Shown: piece after piece, positions 46,818-54,577 of the stretch | Position numbering within the stretch: position 1 is the first letter of the stretch | How the letters are laid out: every line of letters begins with the position of its first letter | Assembly (NCBI GenBank): GCA_034003985.1 | Contig: JAVEXP010000001.1 | Span: 155,347-219,346 of the forward strand | Direction of reading: 5' to 3' | Length of the DNA stretch: 64,000 nucleotides | From: Patescibacteria group bacterium | GTDB taxonomy: Bacteria > Patescibacteriota > Patescibacteriia > Buchananbacterales > UBA6539 | Program-made: the position numbers and the translations under genes | The notes under the pieces: model-generated | Seen by the model: only the letters and a program-made list of their open reading frames with translations | What the model was told of the DNA's origin: nothing | The model's database searches: none

Positions 46818-48051
46818 AATTCGTGAAGATCAGGAGGGAATCCGAGCCGCGTTGCTTAAAAGAATGGACCCGGAAAAATTGGACCTGGATTCAATTTTAA
46901 AGATTGACGACCAGCGGCGCAAATTATTGCAGGAAGTCGAAATCTTGAAGGCTGAACGCAATAAATATTCCAAAACCAAACCAGACCAGGAAACAATCGT
47001 TAAAATGAAGAAAGTCGGAGAGCAGATTAAAGAGTTTGATGAGCAAGTCAAAGCTACTGAAAATAATTTGCGAGAAAAATTGGCGGAATTGCCTAATATT
47101 CCGGCTGAAGATGTTTTGCCGGGCGGCAAAGAAAACAATAAAGTAATCAAGGTGGTTGGCCAGAAACCGGAGTTTGATTTTGAACCCAAGGATCATTACG
47201 AATTGGCCACCAGTCTAGGAATCATTGATTACGAGCGGGCGGCCAAAATGTCAGGAACGGGGTTTTGGGTGTATCGCGGCGACGGGGCGATTTTGGAGTG
47301 GGCGTTGCTTAGTTATTTTTTGGAATTTCACCGAGGCAATCATTATATTTTTATGATTCCACCGTTTTTGCTGACCGAACAATCAGCTTATACCTCCGGA
47401 CATTTGCCAAAATTTCGCGATGATTTGTTTTGGACCCAAGATCAAACTTGCCTTAATGCCACTAGTGAAATGATGCTTGGCAATTATCATCGTGACGAAA
47501 TTTTGGACGCCGAAGAATTGCCAATCAAATATGCGGCTTACTCAGCTTGTTTTCGACGGGAAGCCGGCAGTTACCGCAAAGAAGAGCGGGGGATGATCAG
47601 GGGTCATCAATTCAATAAAATTGAGATGTTCCATTACACCAAGCCGGAACAATCTTGGGACTCGTTTGACGAGTTGGTTAGTAATGCCGAAAAATTGGTG
47701 GAAGGCTTGGGGTTGCATTTTCAGACTGTTCAATTGGCCGCTGGCGATGCCAGTGCGGCAATGGCCAAAACCATGGATGTGGAAGTCTGGATTCCCAGCA
47801 TGAATATCTACAAAGAAGTCAGCAGTGTGTCCAATGCTTTGGATTACCAGGCGCGGCGCGGCAATGTCAGATTTAAAGATAAAGAGAGCGGTAAAAATGA
47901 ATTTGTTCACACCTTGAATGCTTCGGGGTTGGCAACCAGCCGTTTATTCCCGGCGATTTTGGAACAATTTCAAAATGCTGACGGCAGTGTTAGTATCCCT
48001 AAAGCCTTGCAGAAGTATACCGGTTTTAAGAAAATTGAGCCTAAAAAATAG
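46801..48051 (+). CDS. serS: Seryl-tRNA synthetase.
   Basis: N-terminal coiled-coil arm and class II core motifs (FRREAGS, GLATSR). Confidence 0.9.
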   Translation: MLDINKIREDQEGIRAALLKRMDPEKLDLDSILKIDDQRRKLLQEVEILKAERNKYSKTKPDQETIVKMKKVGEQIKEFDEQVKATENNLREKLAELPNIPAEDVLPGGKENNKVIKVVGQKPEFDFEPKDHYELATSLGIIDYERAAKMSGTGFWVYRGDGAILEWALLSYFLEFHRGNHYIFMIPPFLLTEQSAYTSGHLPKFRDDLFWTQDQTCLNATSEMMLGNYHRDEILDAEELPIKYAAYSACFRREAGSYRKEERGMIRGHQFNKIEMFHYTKPEQSWDSFDELVSNAEKLVEGLGLHFQTVQLAAGDASAAMAKTMDVEVWIPSMNIYKEVSSVSNALDYQARRGNVRFKDKESGKNEFVHTLNASGLATSRLFPAILEQFQNADGSVSIPKALQKYTGFKKIEPKK

Positions 48052-48062
48052 CTTAATTAAAA

Positions 48063-49181
48063 ATGTATAATTCCTGGGTGGAAATTTCCCGGTCGGCGAT
48101 TATCCATAATTTAGCGCAGTATCAGCGGTTAGTTGGTTCGGAAGTAGCGGTAATGCCAATAGTAAAAAGCAATGCTTATGGCCATGGTATGGCGGAAATC
48201 GCCAGGCTGGTAGCGCCGCGGGTTAAGTGGTTGGGAGTTGTCAGTTTGGGTGAAGCTTTGGAATTAAGAAGGCTGGGAATCAAACGGAGGATTTTTGTTT
48301 TAAGCTATGTTTCCCAACAGTATTTATCAGCAGGAATCAAACAGAGAATTGATTTGCCTATTTATGATTTGGAATCGGCTAAATTAATCAATGCTGTTGC
48401 CGGCAGACTTAAGATTAAGGCGCGCCTTCACATCAAAGTGGATACCGGTGCAACCAGGGTTGGAATTTTGACATCGCAAGTTGGCGGTTTTGTCCAACAG
48501 CTCACCACCCTGCCAAATTTAAAGATGGAGGGAATTTACAGTCATTTTGCGGCCAGCGAAGAAAATCAGAAATATACCGGACTCCAGCTTAAAAGATTTC
48601 AGCAAGTCTTAGCTGATTTAAAGATAGAAATTCCGACAAGGCATTTTGCTTGTTCAGCCGCAATTTTGGTTGAACCGAAAGCTCATTTTAATCTGATTAG
48701 ACTGGGTTTGGGATTGTATGGTTTGTGGCCATCTGAGCTGGTTAGAAATTTAGCCCAAAAGAAATATCCTGGGTTTGAGTTAAAGCCAGCCTTAACTTGG
48801 AAGACTACAATTATTCAAGTTAAAACTATTTCGGCCAAAACTAAGATTGGTTATGGTTGCAGTTATACCGCCAAGACCAAAATGAAAATTGCTGTCATTG
48901 CGGTTGGCTATTGGGAAGGCTATGATAGACATTTGAGTAATAAAACGGAAGTCTTAGTTGGTAATAAGCGTTGTCCGTTGGTTGGTCGAATTTGCATGAA
49001 TATTTCGATGATTGATGTAAGTAAAGTTAGAGATGTTAAGGTTGGCCAGGAGGTGGTGTTGCTGGGTAAACAAGGGAGAGAGGAAATAACAGCGGAAGAA
49101 TTAGCTGGAAGAATTGGTACGATTAATTATGAGCTGGTGACCAGGATTAACCCAATACTGGAACGCCGATATTTAGATTAA
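48063..49181 (+). CDS. alr: Alanine racemase.
   Basis: PLP-Lys motif VMPIVKSNAYGHG and a C-terminal beta domain. Confidence 0.9.
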   Translation: MYNSWVEISRSAIIHNLAQYQRLVGSEVAVMPIVKSNAYGHGMAEIARLVAPRVKWLGVVSLGEALELRRLGIKRRIFVLSYVSQQYLSAGIKQRIDLPIYDLESAKLINAVAGRLKIKARLHIKVDTGATRVGILTSQVGGFVQQLTTLPNLKMEGIYSHFAASEENQKYTGLQLKRFQQVLADLKIEIPTRHFACSAAILVEPKAHFNLIRLGLGLYGLWPSELVRNLAQKKYPGFELKPALTWKTTIIQVKTISAKTKIGYGCSYTAKTKMKIAVIAVGYWEGYDRHLSNKTEVLVGNKRCPLVGRICMNISMIDVSKVRDVKVGQEVVLLGKQGREEITAEELAGRIGTINYELVTRINPILERRYLD

Positions 49182-49184
49182 AAA

Positions 49185-49385
49185 AGACCCCACCAAACCG
49201 AGCCATTCCCTCTCCATGGTGGAGTAGGAACAGCAAGGTGGTCTGGTGGGGCTGGGGAAGGTTATCGGTAGCTGTTCCAGGGAGGTCCGGTACGCCGACC
49301 GGGATCCTGAGTGCTTGTAGGTGCTGCGCACCAATCCGCTGCGTTTTGGAACTCTCAGGCTTTTCCTCGTTCTACCGATGACAAA
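49185..49385 (-). ncRNA. GC-rich small RNA candidate of about 200 nt with its own promoter and intrinsic terminator. Unclassified; 6S-like size and architecture.
   Basis: Minus-strand promoter TTGACT (complement of 49414-49419), 18-nt spacer, TAAGAT (complement of 49390-49395). Minus-strand terminal helix ccccaccagacc...ggtttggtgggg followed by tcttttt ending at about 49181. About 58% GC. The 5' segment AUCGGUAG pairs with the 3'-proximal CUACCGAU. The only ORF is a low-complexity 81-aa reading frame. Confidence 0.45.
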
Positions 49386-49432
49386 AACAATCTTAGAAGA
49401 TTTATTAGGATAAGTCAATAAATTATTAAAAA

Positions 49433-50578
49433 ATGTCTAAAATTAGCAGAAAAATTAAGGTCGGAGTGATTTTTGGCGGCCGGAGCGGAGAACACGAGGT
49501 CTCAATTGTTTCAGCTCAATCGGTGATGAAAGAATTAGCCAAGAAGGGCTATGACATTATGCCTATTGGTATTACCAAAGAAGGTAAATGGGTAGCTGGC
49601 GCCGAGGCAGTTAGATTTCTTAAGGACGGCATCAAGCGCTTACCTTTTAAATCTGTATTATTGCCCGATCCAACCCAAAAAGGCTTGGTAAAAATCGGAG
49701 AGCGGGGGATAGTTAATGTTAAATCAAATCAACCTGGCCGATTAGATGTGATATTCCCTTTGATCCATGGCAGCTATGGCGAAGATGGTAAACTCCAGGG
49801 TTTGTTGGAAATGGCTGATTTGCCTTATGTCGGTGCTGGTGTTTTGGGTTCGGCGTTGGGAATGGATAAGGTAGTTCAAAAACAGTTGACTGATCGGGCG
49901 GGGATTCGCAGTGTTGAATATGATTGGGTTATGAATAAAGACTGGCAAAAAAATCGTGAACAGACATTGAAACGGCTGATGAAAAAATTAAGATATCCAA
50001 TTTTTACCAAACCGGCCAACTCAGGATCCAGCGTCGGCATCAATAAATGTCATAATCAACGGGAGCTAATCAATGGGATCAACGAGGCGCTAAAGTATGA
50101 TCACAAAGTGATTATTGAGCAGGGCATTGAAGATATCAGGGAAATTGAAGTGGCGGTGTTGGGCAACGATGACCCTAAGGCGTCGGTTCCGGGGGAAATC
50201 GTGGCCTCCAATGAATTTTATGATTATGACGCCAAATATATTGATGGCAAGTCTCAGGCAATTATTCCCGCCAAATTGCCAAAATCGGTAGTTGCTAAAA
50301 TCCAAAGATTGGCAGTCTCGGCTTTCAGGGCTTTAAATTTATCCGGAATGGCTAGGGTTGATTTCATGGTCAGGAAGAAAGATGGCCGGGTTTATCTGAA
50401 CGAAGTCAATACAATTCCGGGATTTACTTCAATTTCTATGTACCCGAAATTATGGGAGGCCTCCGGTTTGAATTACACCGATTTACTTGATCAGCTGATA
50501 AAACTGGCAATGGCAAAGCATCAAGAAAAAAATGAACTGCTGACCAGTTATCAACCCAAAGATGATTGGTATAAATAG
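49433..50578 (+). CDS. ddl: D-alanine--D-alanine ligase.
   Basis: KVGVIFGGRSGEHEVSIVSA and ATP-grasp motifs. Confidence 0.9.
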   Translation: MSKISRKIKVGVIFGGRSGEHEVSIVSAQSVMKELAKKGYDIMPIGITKEGKWVAGAEAVRFLKDGIKRLPFKSVLLPDPTQKGLVKIGERGIVNVKSNQPGRLDVIFPLIHGSYGEDGKLQGLLEMADLPYVGAGVLGSALGMDKVVQKQLTDRAGIRSVEYDWVMNKDWQKNREQTLKRLMKKLRYPIFTKPANSGSSVGINKCHNQRELINGINEALKYDHKVIIEQGIEDIREIEVAVLGNDDPKASVPGEIVASNEFYDYDAKYIDGKSQAIIPAKLPKSVVAKIQRLAVSAFRALNLSGMARVDFMVRKKDGRVYLNEVNTIPGFTSISMYPKLWEASGLNYTDLLDQLIKLAMAKHQEKNELLTSYQPKDDWYK

Positions 50579-50580
50579 TT

Positions 50581-51447
50581 ATGAAAGCTAAAAAAGATTA
50601 TCATCGTAAGGATTTTAATAATCCCTTTTTTCCCAAGAAATCAAAAATCAGCGCCGGGCGCAAGGCAAAAATTTTAGTCGGCCTGGTTTTAGGTTTGATT
50701 TTAATTGCAGTTTATTTGTTTAATCGGTTGCCGGCCTTGCAAATAACTAATATTGAAATCGCGGGCAATGATTACGCCTCTACTGAGGAAATCAAAGCCT
50801 TGGTTGATGATCAAATGAATCATCGTCGGTGGTTATTTTTTAATCAGCATAACATTTTATTTTTTAGTAAGTCGCAATTACGCCAAAAACTCGATAGTTA
50901 TTATTTGCTGGAGAGAATAAAGATTAAAAAAAGATATTTCAGCGGTTTGGATATTGAGATAACCGAACGACCGTCGGGACTGGTTTGGTCGAGCGATAAC
51001 AAATATTATTATTTGGATTTGAGCGGAAAAGTCTTGCGAGAGATCCAGCCTGATAATGTGGTAATTGTGGAAGGGCAGGGAACTACTAATCTTGTCAGAA
51101 ATCAGGCTGAAAGTGTTAAATATCCATTAGTAACTGATTTAAGCAATAGCGAGGTGTTTATTAATCAACAGGCCGCTAGCGAAAAACTAATCCGTTTTGT
51201 GTTGGGTTTTAGTGATTTGATAACACGGTCCGGTGATTTTGTGGTTTCTCATTATGAAATTTTTAAGTCGAATACCAGAGAAATTGAAATGGTCACGAAA
51301 GCCGGCTGGCGGGTCAAATTAAATATTGAAGAAACCCCCGAATCGCAGGCGGAATTATTGCTCGCAGTTTTGCAACAGCGGGTTAAGGATCGAAATAATT
51401 TAGAATACATTGATTTGCGTTTTGGGGACAAAATATTTTGGAAATAA
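50581..51447 (+). CDS. ftsQ: Cell division protein FtsQ/DivIB (POTRA domain).
   Basis: Single TM anchor, then a POTRA-like region (ITNIEIAGNDYASTEEI) and a beta domain. Lies immediately downstream of ddl. Confidence 0.65.
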   Translation: MKAKKDYHRKDFNNPFFPKKSKISAGRKAKILVGLVLGLILIAVYLFNRLPALQITNIEIAGNDYASTEEIKALVDDQMNHRRWLFFNQHNILFFSKSQLRQKLDSYYLLERIKIKKRYFSGLDIEITERPSGLVWSSDNKYYYLDLSGKVLREIQPDNVVIVEGQGTTNLVRNQAESVKYPLVTDLSNSEVFINQQAASEKLIRFVLGFSDLITRSGDFVVSHYEIFKSNTREIEMVTKAGWRVKLNIEETPESQAELLLAVLQQRVKDRNNLEYIDLRFGDKIFWK

Positions 51448-51453
51448 AATTCT

Positions 51454-52317
51454 ATGCCTAGGAGTTTATTAATTACCAAAGCTGATGGTAATAAAGAGGT
51501 TTTTTCGGTTGATAAATTGAAAAAATCAATGTTTCGTTCCGGTGTTAGCGAGCCGGTTATTAACCAAACCATCAGCCAAATAAAGAAAAAGATTAAGCCC
51601 GGGGTCAGTACTTCTCGGATATATCGCTTGGCTTTTAACAATTTGAAATCAGCTAATAAAGTTTACGCCGCCAAATACAGTTTAAAAAAAGCGGTGATGG
51701 ATCTTGGTCCCGACGGTTTTCCATTTGAAAAATATTTCGCCGCCCTATTGAAAGATCAGGGTTATTTGACTTTTACTAATGTGGTTGTTAAAGGCAAGTG
51801 TATTACTCATGAAGTAGATATTATTGCCGAGAAGCCCCAGAAAAATATTCACGCGATTATTGAGGCTAAATTTCATTCTCGCAGCGGCGGTAAAACCGCC
51901 AGCAAGGATGCTTTATATACCCATGCTCGATTTTTGGATATTAAAGAATTTTGGAATCGACAAAAAATTTTAGGCGCTAAACCCAGTACTGGTCAGCTTG
52001 AAAGTTGGTTAGTAACTAATACTAAAATTACGGCGGAAGCTAGACAGTACTGCTTGTGTTCCGGAATCAAAGTCGTAGGTTGGGATTATTCATCAATTGG
52101 TGATAATTTGGAGCAGATGATTCATCACAAGGGATTGTATCCGATAACGGTTTTAACCAGTCTTAATAATGAATCTAAACGCAAACTGCTTGGTCATGGG
52201 GTGGTATTATGTAAGGATCTATTGGATGATAAAAATTCCAAATTATTAAAGCGACTATATTTAAAAAAAGGGCAGTTAAATAGATTACTTGATGAAGTTA
52301 AACTATTACTACGCTGA
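51454..52317 (+). CDS. ATP-cone domain fused to a PD-(D/E)xK (restriction-endonuclease-fold) domain protein.
   Basis: N-terminal ATP-cone-like region (ITKADGNKEVFSVDKLKKSMFRSG). Nuclease-fold motif HEVDIIAE...IIEAKFH (D...E-x-K). Confidence 0.5.
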   Translation: MPRSLLITKADGNKEVFSVDKLKKSMFRSGVSEPVINQTISQIKKKIKPGVSTSRIYRLAFNNLKSANKVYAAKYSLKKAVMDLGPDGFPFEKYFAALLKDQGYLTFTNVVVKGKCITHEVDIIAEKPQKNIHAIIEAKFHSRSGGKTASKDALYTHARFLDIKEFWNRQKILGAKPSTGQLESWLVTNTKITAEARQYCLCSGIKVVGWDYSSIGDNLEQMIHHKGLYPITVLTSLNNESKRKLLGHGVVLCKDLLDDKNSKLLKRLYLKKGQLNRLLDEVKLLLR

Positions 52318-52723
52318 ATCTGCTCAGTATTAAATAAGAGTTATGTGTCGTAAAATATTATAGAAACATTTGGCAGGGCAGGGAAGAGGAGATTGAATGA
52401 TTAAGATAATTGATTGATATAATTTTTTATTTTGATGATATTTGATAGATCTATCAAATATTTTTTTAATTTAATTATCTAGTTGGATGTCCATCATTGT
52501 CCAAAAGAAATTTATTTTTAATATTTTTAGATTGAATATTTAATTCCACGGAATTTTGTTTCTTTTTAGAGCCATTGGAGTAACTTGATTGGCTCTTTGC
52601 TGCTATTTGTGGATAAGTTATTAAATATGTAGTGTCGTATAAGATATATTGTGCGACACTACATATTTAATAAAACAGCCTTAAATAATAATTAAAATTC
52701 ATCCCCTCGCTCAACGGCGAGTT

Positions 52724-52752
52724 GACAACCTGGGTAATAAGATATAAAGTTT
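52724..52752 (+). promoter_or_regulatory. Candidate sigma70-like promoter (TTGACA ... TATAAA or TAAAGT) driving the small-peptide transcript.
   Basis: ttgaca at 52724-52729, with -10 candidates 15-17 nt downstream. Confidence 0.35.
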
Positions 52753-52836
52753 ATTGTCGGGAACATTAAAAATATTTTGTCCTTCCCTATTTGACGGTTA
52801 TTCTTGAAGATTGCCAGCAGATACGGGAGGGCAAAA

Positions 52837-52878
52837 ATGCATATCTTGCAGTTGCCAGGCCTGGTCGACCTGTGCTAA
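52837..52878 (+). CDS. 13-codon upstream ORF (MHILQLPGLVDLC) with a near-perfect Shine-Dalgarno site.
   Basis: GGGAGGG lies 6 nt upstream of the ATG at 52837. The stop TAA is at 52876-52878. Confidence 0.3.
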   Translation: MHILQLPGLVDLC

Positions 52879-52897
52879 ATGCCACTCCTATTAATTC

Positions 52898-53074
52898 ATG
52901 AGCTTTAGGCTTATGTACCACGCAATCAAAACCGGAGTGACATTAGCCGTCGGCTTAGCCGTACTGCAGATGTTCCTCCCTGATGTGGGATCCAAGTTAG
53001 TTGAGTTAATCACTACGGTGATTGACATTATGCTGGTTACCATCAACCAAGCGTCGACTAACTTACCCTCATAG
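52898..53074 (+). CDS. Small hydrophobic peptide (58 aa, two predicted TM segments): MSFRLMYHAIKTGVTLAVGLAVLQMFLPDVGSKLVELITTVIDIMLVTINQASTNLPS.
   Basis: I read the ORF manually; it is under 60 aa. It lies 20 nt after the 13-codon uORF. It is followed by the terminator hairpin ggccctagg...cctgggcc plus a T-rich run at about 53075-53115. Confidence 0.35.
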   Translation: MSFRLMYHAIKTGVTLAVGLAVLQMFLPDVGSKLVELITTVIDIMLVTINQASTNLPS

Positions 53075-53132
53075 ACGACATAAGGCCCTAGGATACTCTC
53101 CTGGGCCTTTTCCTTTGTCTTTGAATATTAGT

Positions 53133-53792
53133 TTAGCTATTTATTTTTCGATAGCTTAAATAAGAGTAGATCATAATCAGTGTTACTCCGCTGATGATTG
53201 AGACAATAAATATCCGCCAATAAATTTGGTTTGGTAAAAACGCTCCTAGAATAGTTATTAACCCCATGGCCACAAATATCTTTCCGCCGAATCGGTGAGT
53301 TTGATTCCAAACCTTTTCATTGGACAATGTCCAAGGAGTTCTGATCCCGATAAACCAATTAGGTTTTATTTTTGATAGGTAATTTCCAATGATCAAAAAT
53401 AGTACCCCGATTGATAACGGTACTACTATATTGATCGGGATTTGATAACCAAGGCCGACTAAGCCAATATAAAAATAGATCAAAGCAAAATAGCCGATTA
53501 TAATAGCCTTAAAAACATGGTAGGTTTTTTGAAATTGTGAATAGCGTTCAGCTTTGGGGTCAATTAAAGGAATAATTAAGAATGTTAAATACGAAACAAT
53601 CATTATCGCCGGGATCATGAAAGCGCCAACCATTTTATTGGAATAACTGTCAATTTCTCCTTGATAATTCCAGTGCATTGGCACTTGTTCTGGAAAATGG
53701 GTATAGAAATAAAAACTACCAACTATAACCAGGATAATTGTTAGCAGCGGGATTAATTCAGTGGTTGGACTGAGGTTGACTGGATTTTTCAT
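53133..53792 (-). CDS. SdpI/YhfL-family (DUF1648) membrane protein, a putative toxin-immunity and signalling protein.
   Basis: 6-TM protein with the conserved extracytoplasmic motif PMHWNYQGEID and the C-terminal arrangement typical of SdpI-like proteins. Its start overlaps the stop of the ArsR-family gene. Confidence 0.7.
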   Translation of the reverse strand: MKNPVNLSPTTELIPLLTIILVIVGSFYFYTHFPEQVPMHWNYQGEIDSYSNKMVGAFMIPAIMIVSYLTFLIIPLIDPKAERYSQFQKTYHVFKAIIIGYFALIYFYIGLVGLGYQIPINIVVPLSIGVLFLIIGNYLSKIKPNWFIGIRTPWTLSNEKVWNQTHRFGGKIFVAMGLITILGAFLPNQIYWRIFIVSIISGVTLIMIYSYLSYRKINS

Positions 53793-54058
53793 ATTTTTTT
53801 ATTGAAAAAATTATATAACTCTTTAGCGACTTCCTCAAAGATGCTTAAATTTAAAGAGTAGATCAGTTGTTGCCCTCGTCGGCGGTAGCTGATTAAACCG
53901 GCATTTTTTAAGATAGTTAGATGATGAGATAATGACGGCAAGGTTATATCGAAGTTTATCGCCATTTCATTAACCGACAGCTCTTTCCTTTTAAGCAAGG
54001 TAAGGATTTTTCTCCTGGTCGGATCGGCTAAAGCGGCGAAAGTTTTGTTTAAGCTCAT
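53789..54058 (-). CDS. ArsR-family transcriptional repressor (SdpR-like).
   Basis: The wHTH signature ALADPTRRKILTLL...SLSHHLTIL...GLI. Start taken at the ATG at 54058, because the track's longer start would run into the palindrome. Confidence 0.8.
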   Translation of the reverse strand: MSLNKTFAALADPTRRKILTLLKRKELSVNEMAINFDITLPSLSHHLTILKNAGLISYRRRGQQLIYSLNLSIFEEVAKELYNFFNKKI

Positions 54059-54095
54059 AGCAATTATCCCTTCCCCTAATGTTTGACAGCTAAGC

Positions 54096-54139
54096 AAGTT
54101 ATTATTTAGATAGTTAGATAACTATCTAAATAATAACTT
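54096..54139. promoter_or_regulatory. Perfect 44-bp palindrome (21-bp arms around a 2-nt centre): AAGTTATTATTTAGATAGTTA-GA-TAACTATCTAAATAATAACTT. A candidate operator for the ArsR/SdpR-like repressor.
   Basis: I checked it base by base: positions i and 45-i are complementary for all 21 pairs. It lies 38 nt upstream of the repressor start codon. Confidence 0.65.
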
Positions 54140-54172
54140 AAAAGAAAGTGGTGGTCAAATTTTTATCCACTG

Positions 54173-54574
54173 CTATAAATCGTTCCAGTAAAGTATTTTT
54201 AGGTAAGTAATGCTTAAAAAAAGGATACAGGCTTGCAAAACATCAGTTAAATTAGGATTTTGGCCAAAGAAGAAAGGCGTGATTATTGTTAAAACCGGGG
54301 CTAGATACATCAATAGATCGTGTTTAATCTGCTGTTTCCAGGTAAGTCGGGCAGAAATGTAGAATTGGTTGTTAGCTTCAAAATGTTTGATTTTTTTTCG
54401 GTCACGGGTATGAACTAAAATACCAAGAGTGATAAAAACTAAAGCTGGAACCAATGACACGATTGTTTCGGTCAGTGATCTTATTTTGTAAAGATAACTA
54501 AAGTAAATATATCCAACTACCACGACGATCGACCAGGTTACTACCAAAGATATTTTTGGGAACTGGCTATTCAT
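54173..54574 (-). CDS. Hypothetical small membrane protein (4 TM).
   Basis: 133 aa ORF with hydrophobic helices. Confidence 0.45.
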   Translation of the reverse strand: MNSQFPKISLVVTWSIVVVVGYIYFSYLYKIRSLTETIVSLVPALVFITLGILVHTRDRKKIKHFEANNQFYISARLTWKQQIKHDLLMYLAPVLTIITPFFFGQNPNLTDVLQACILFLSITYLKILYWNDL

Positions 54575-54577
54575 ATG

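Noticed and set aside
49185-49385. SRP (4.5S/ffs) RNA assignment for the small GC-rich RNA.
   Set aside because: It contains a CCAGG.AGGUCCGG-like stretch, but it lacks the conserved GGAA tetraloop and the AGCAGCC symmetric-loop elements of SRP domain IV.
52601-52609. Perfect DnaA boxes (TGTGGATAA) here and at 43231-43239, suggesting oriC.
   Set aside because: Two perfect 9-mers in 64 kb is about the number expected by chance. There is no dnaA/dnaN gene and no clustered box array, so the evidence for an origin is insufficient.
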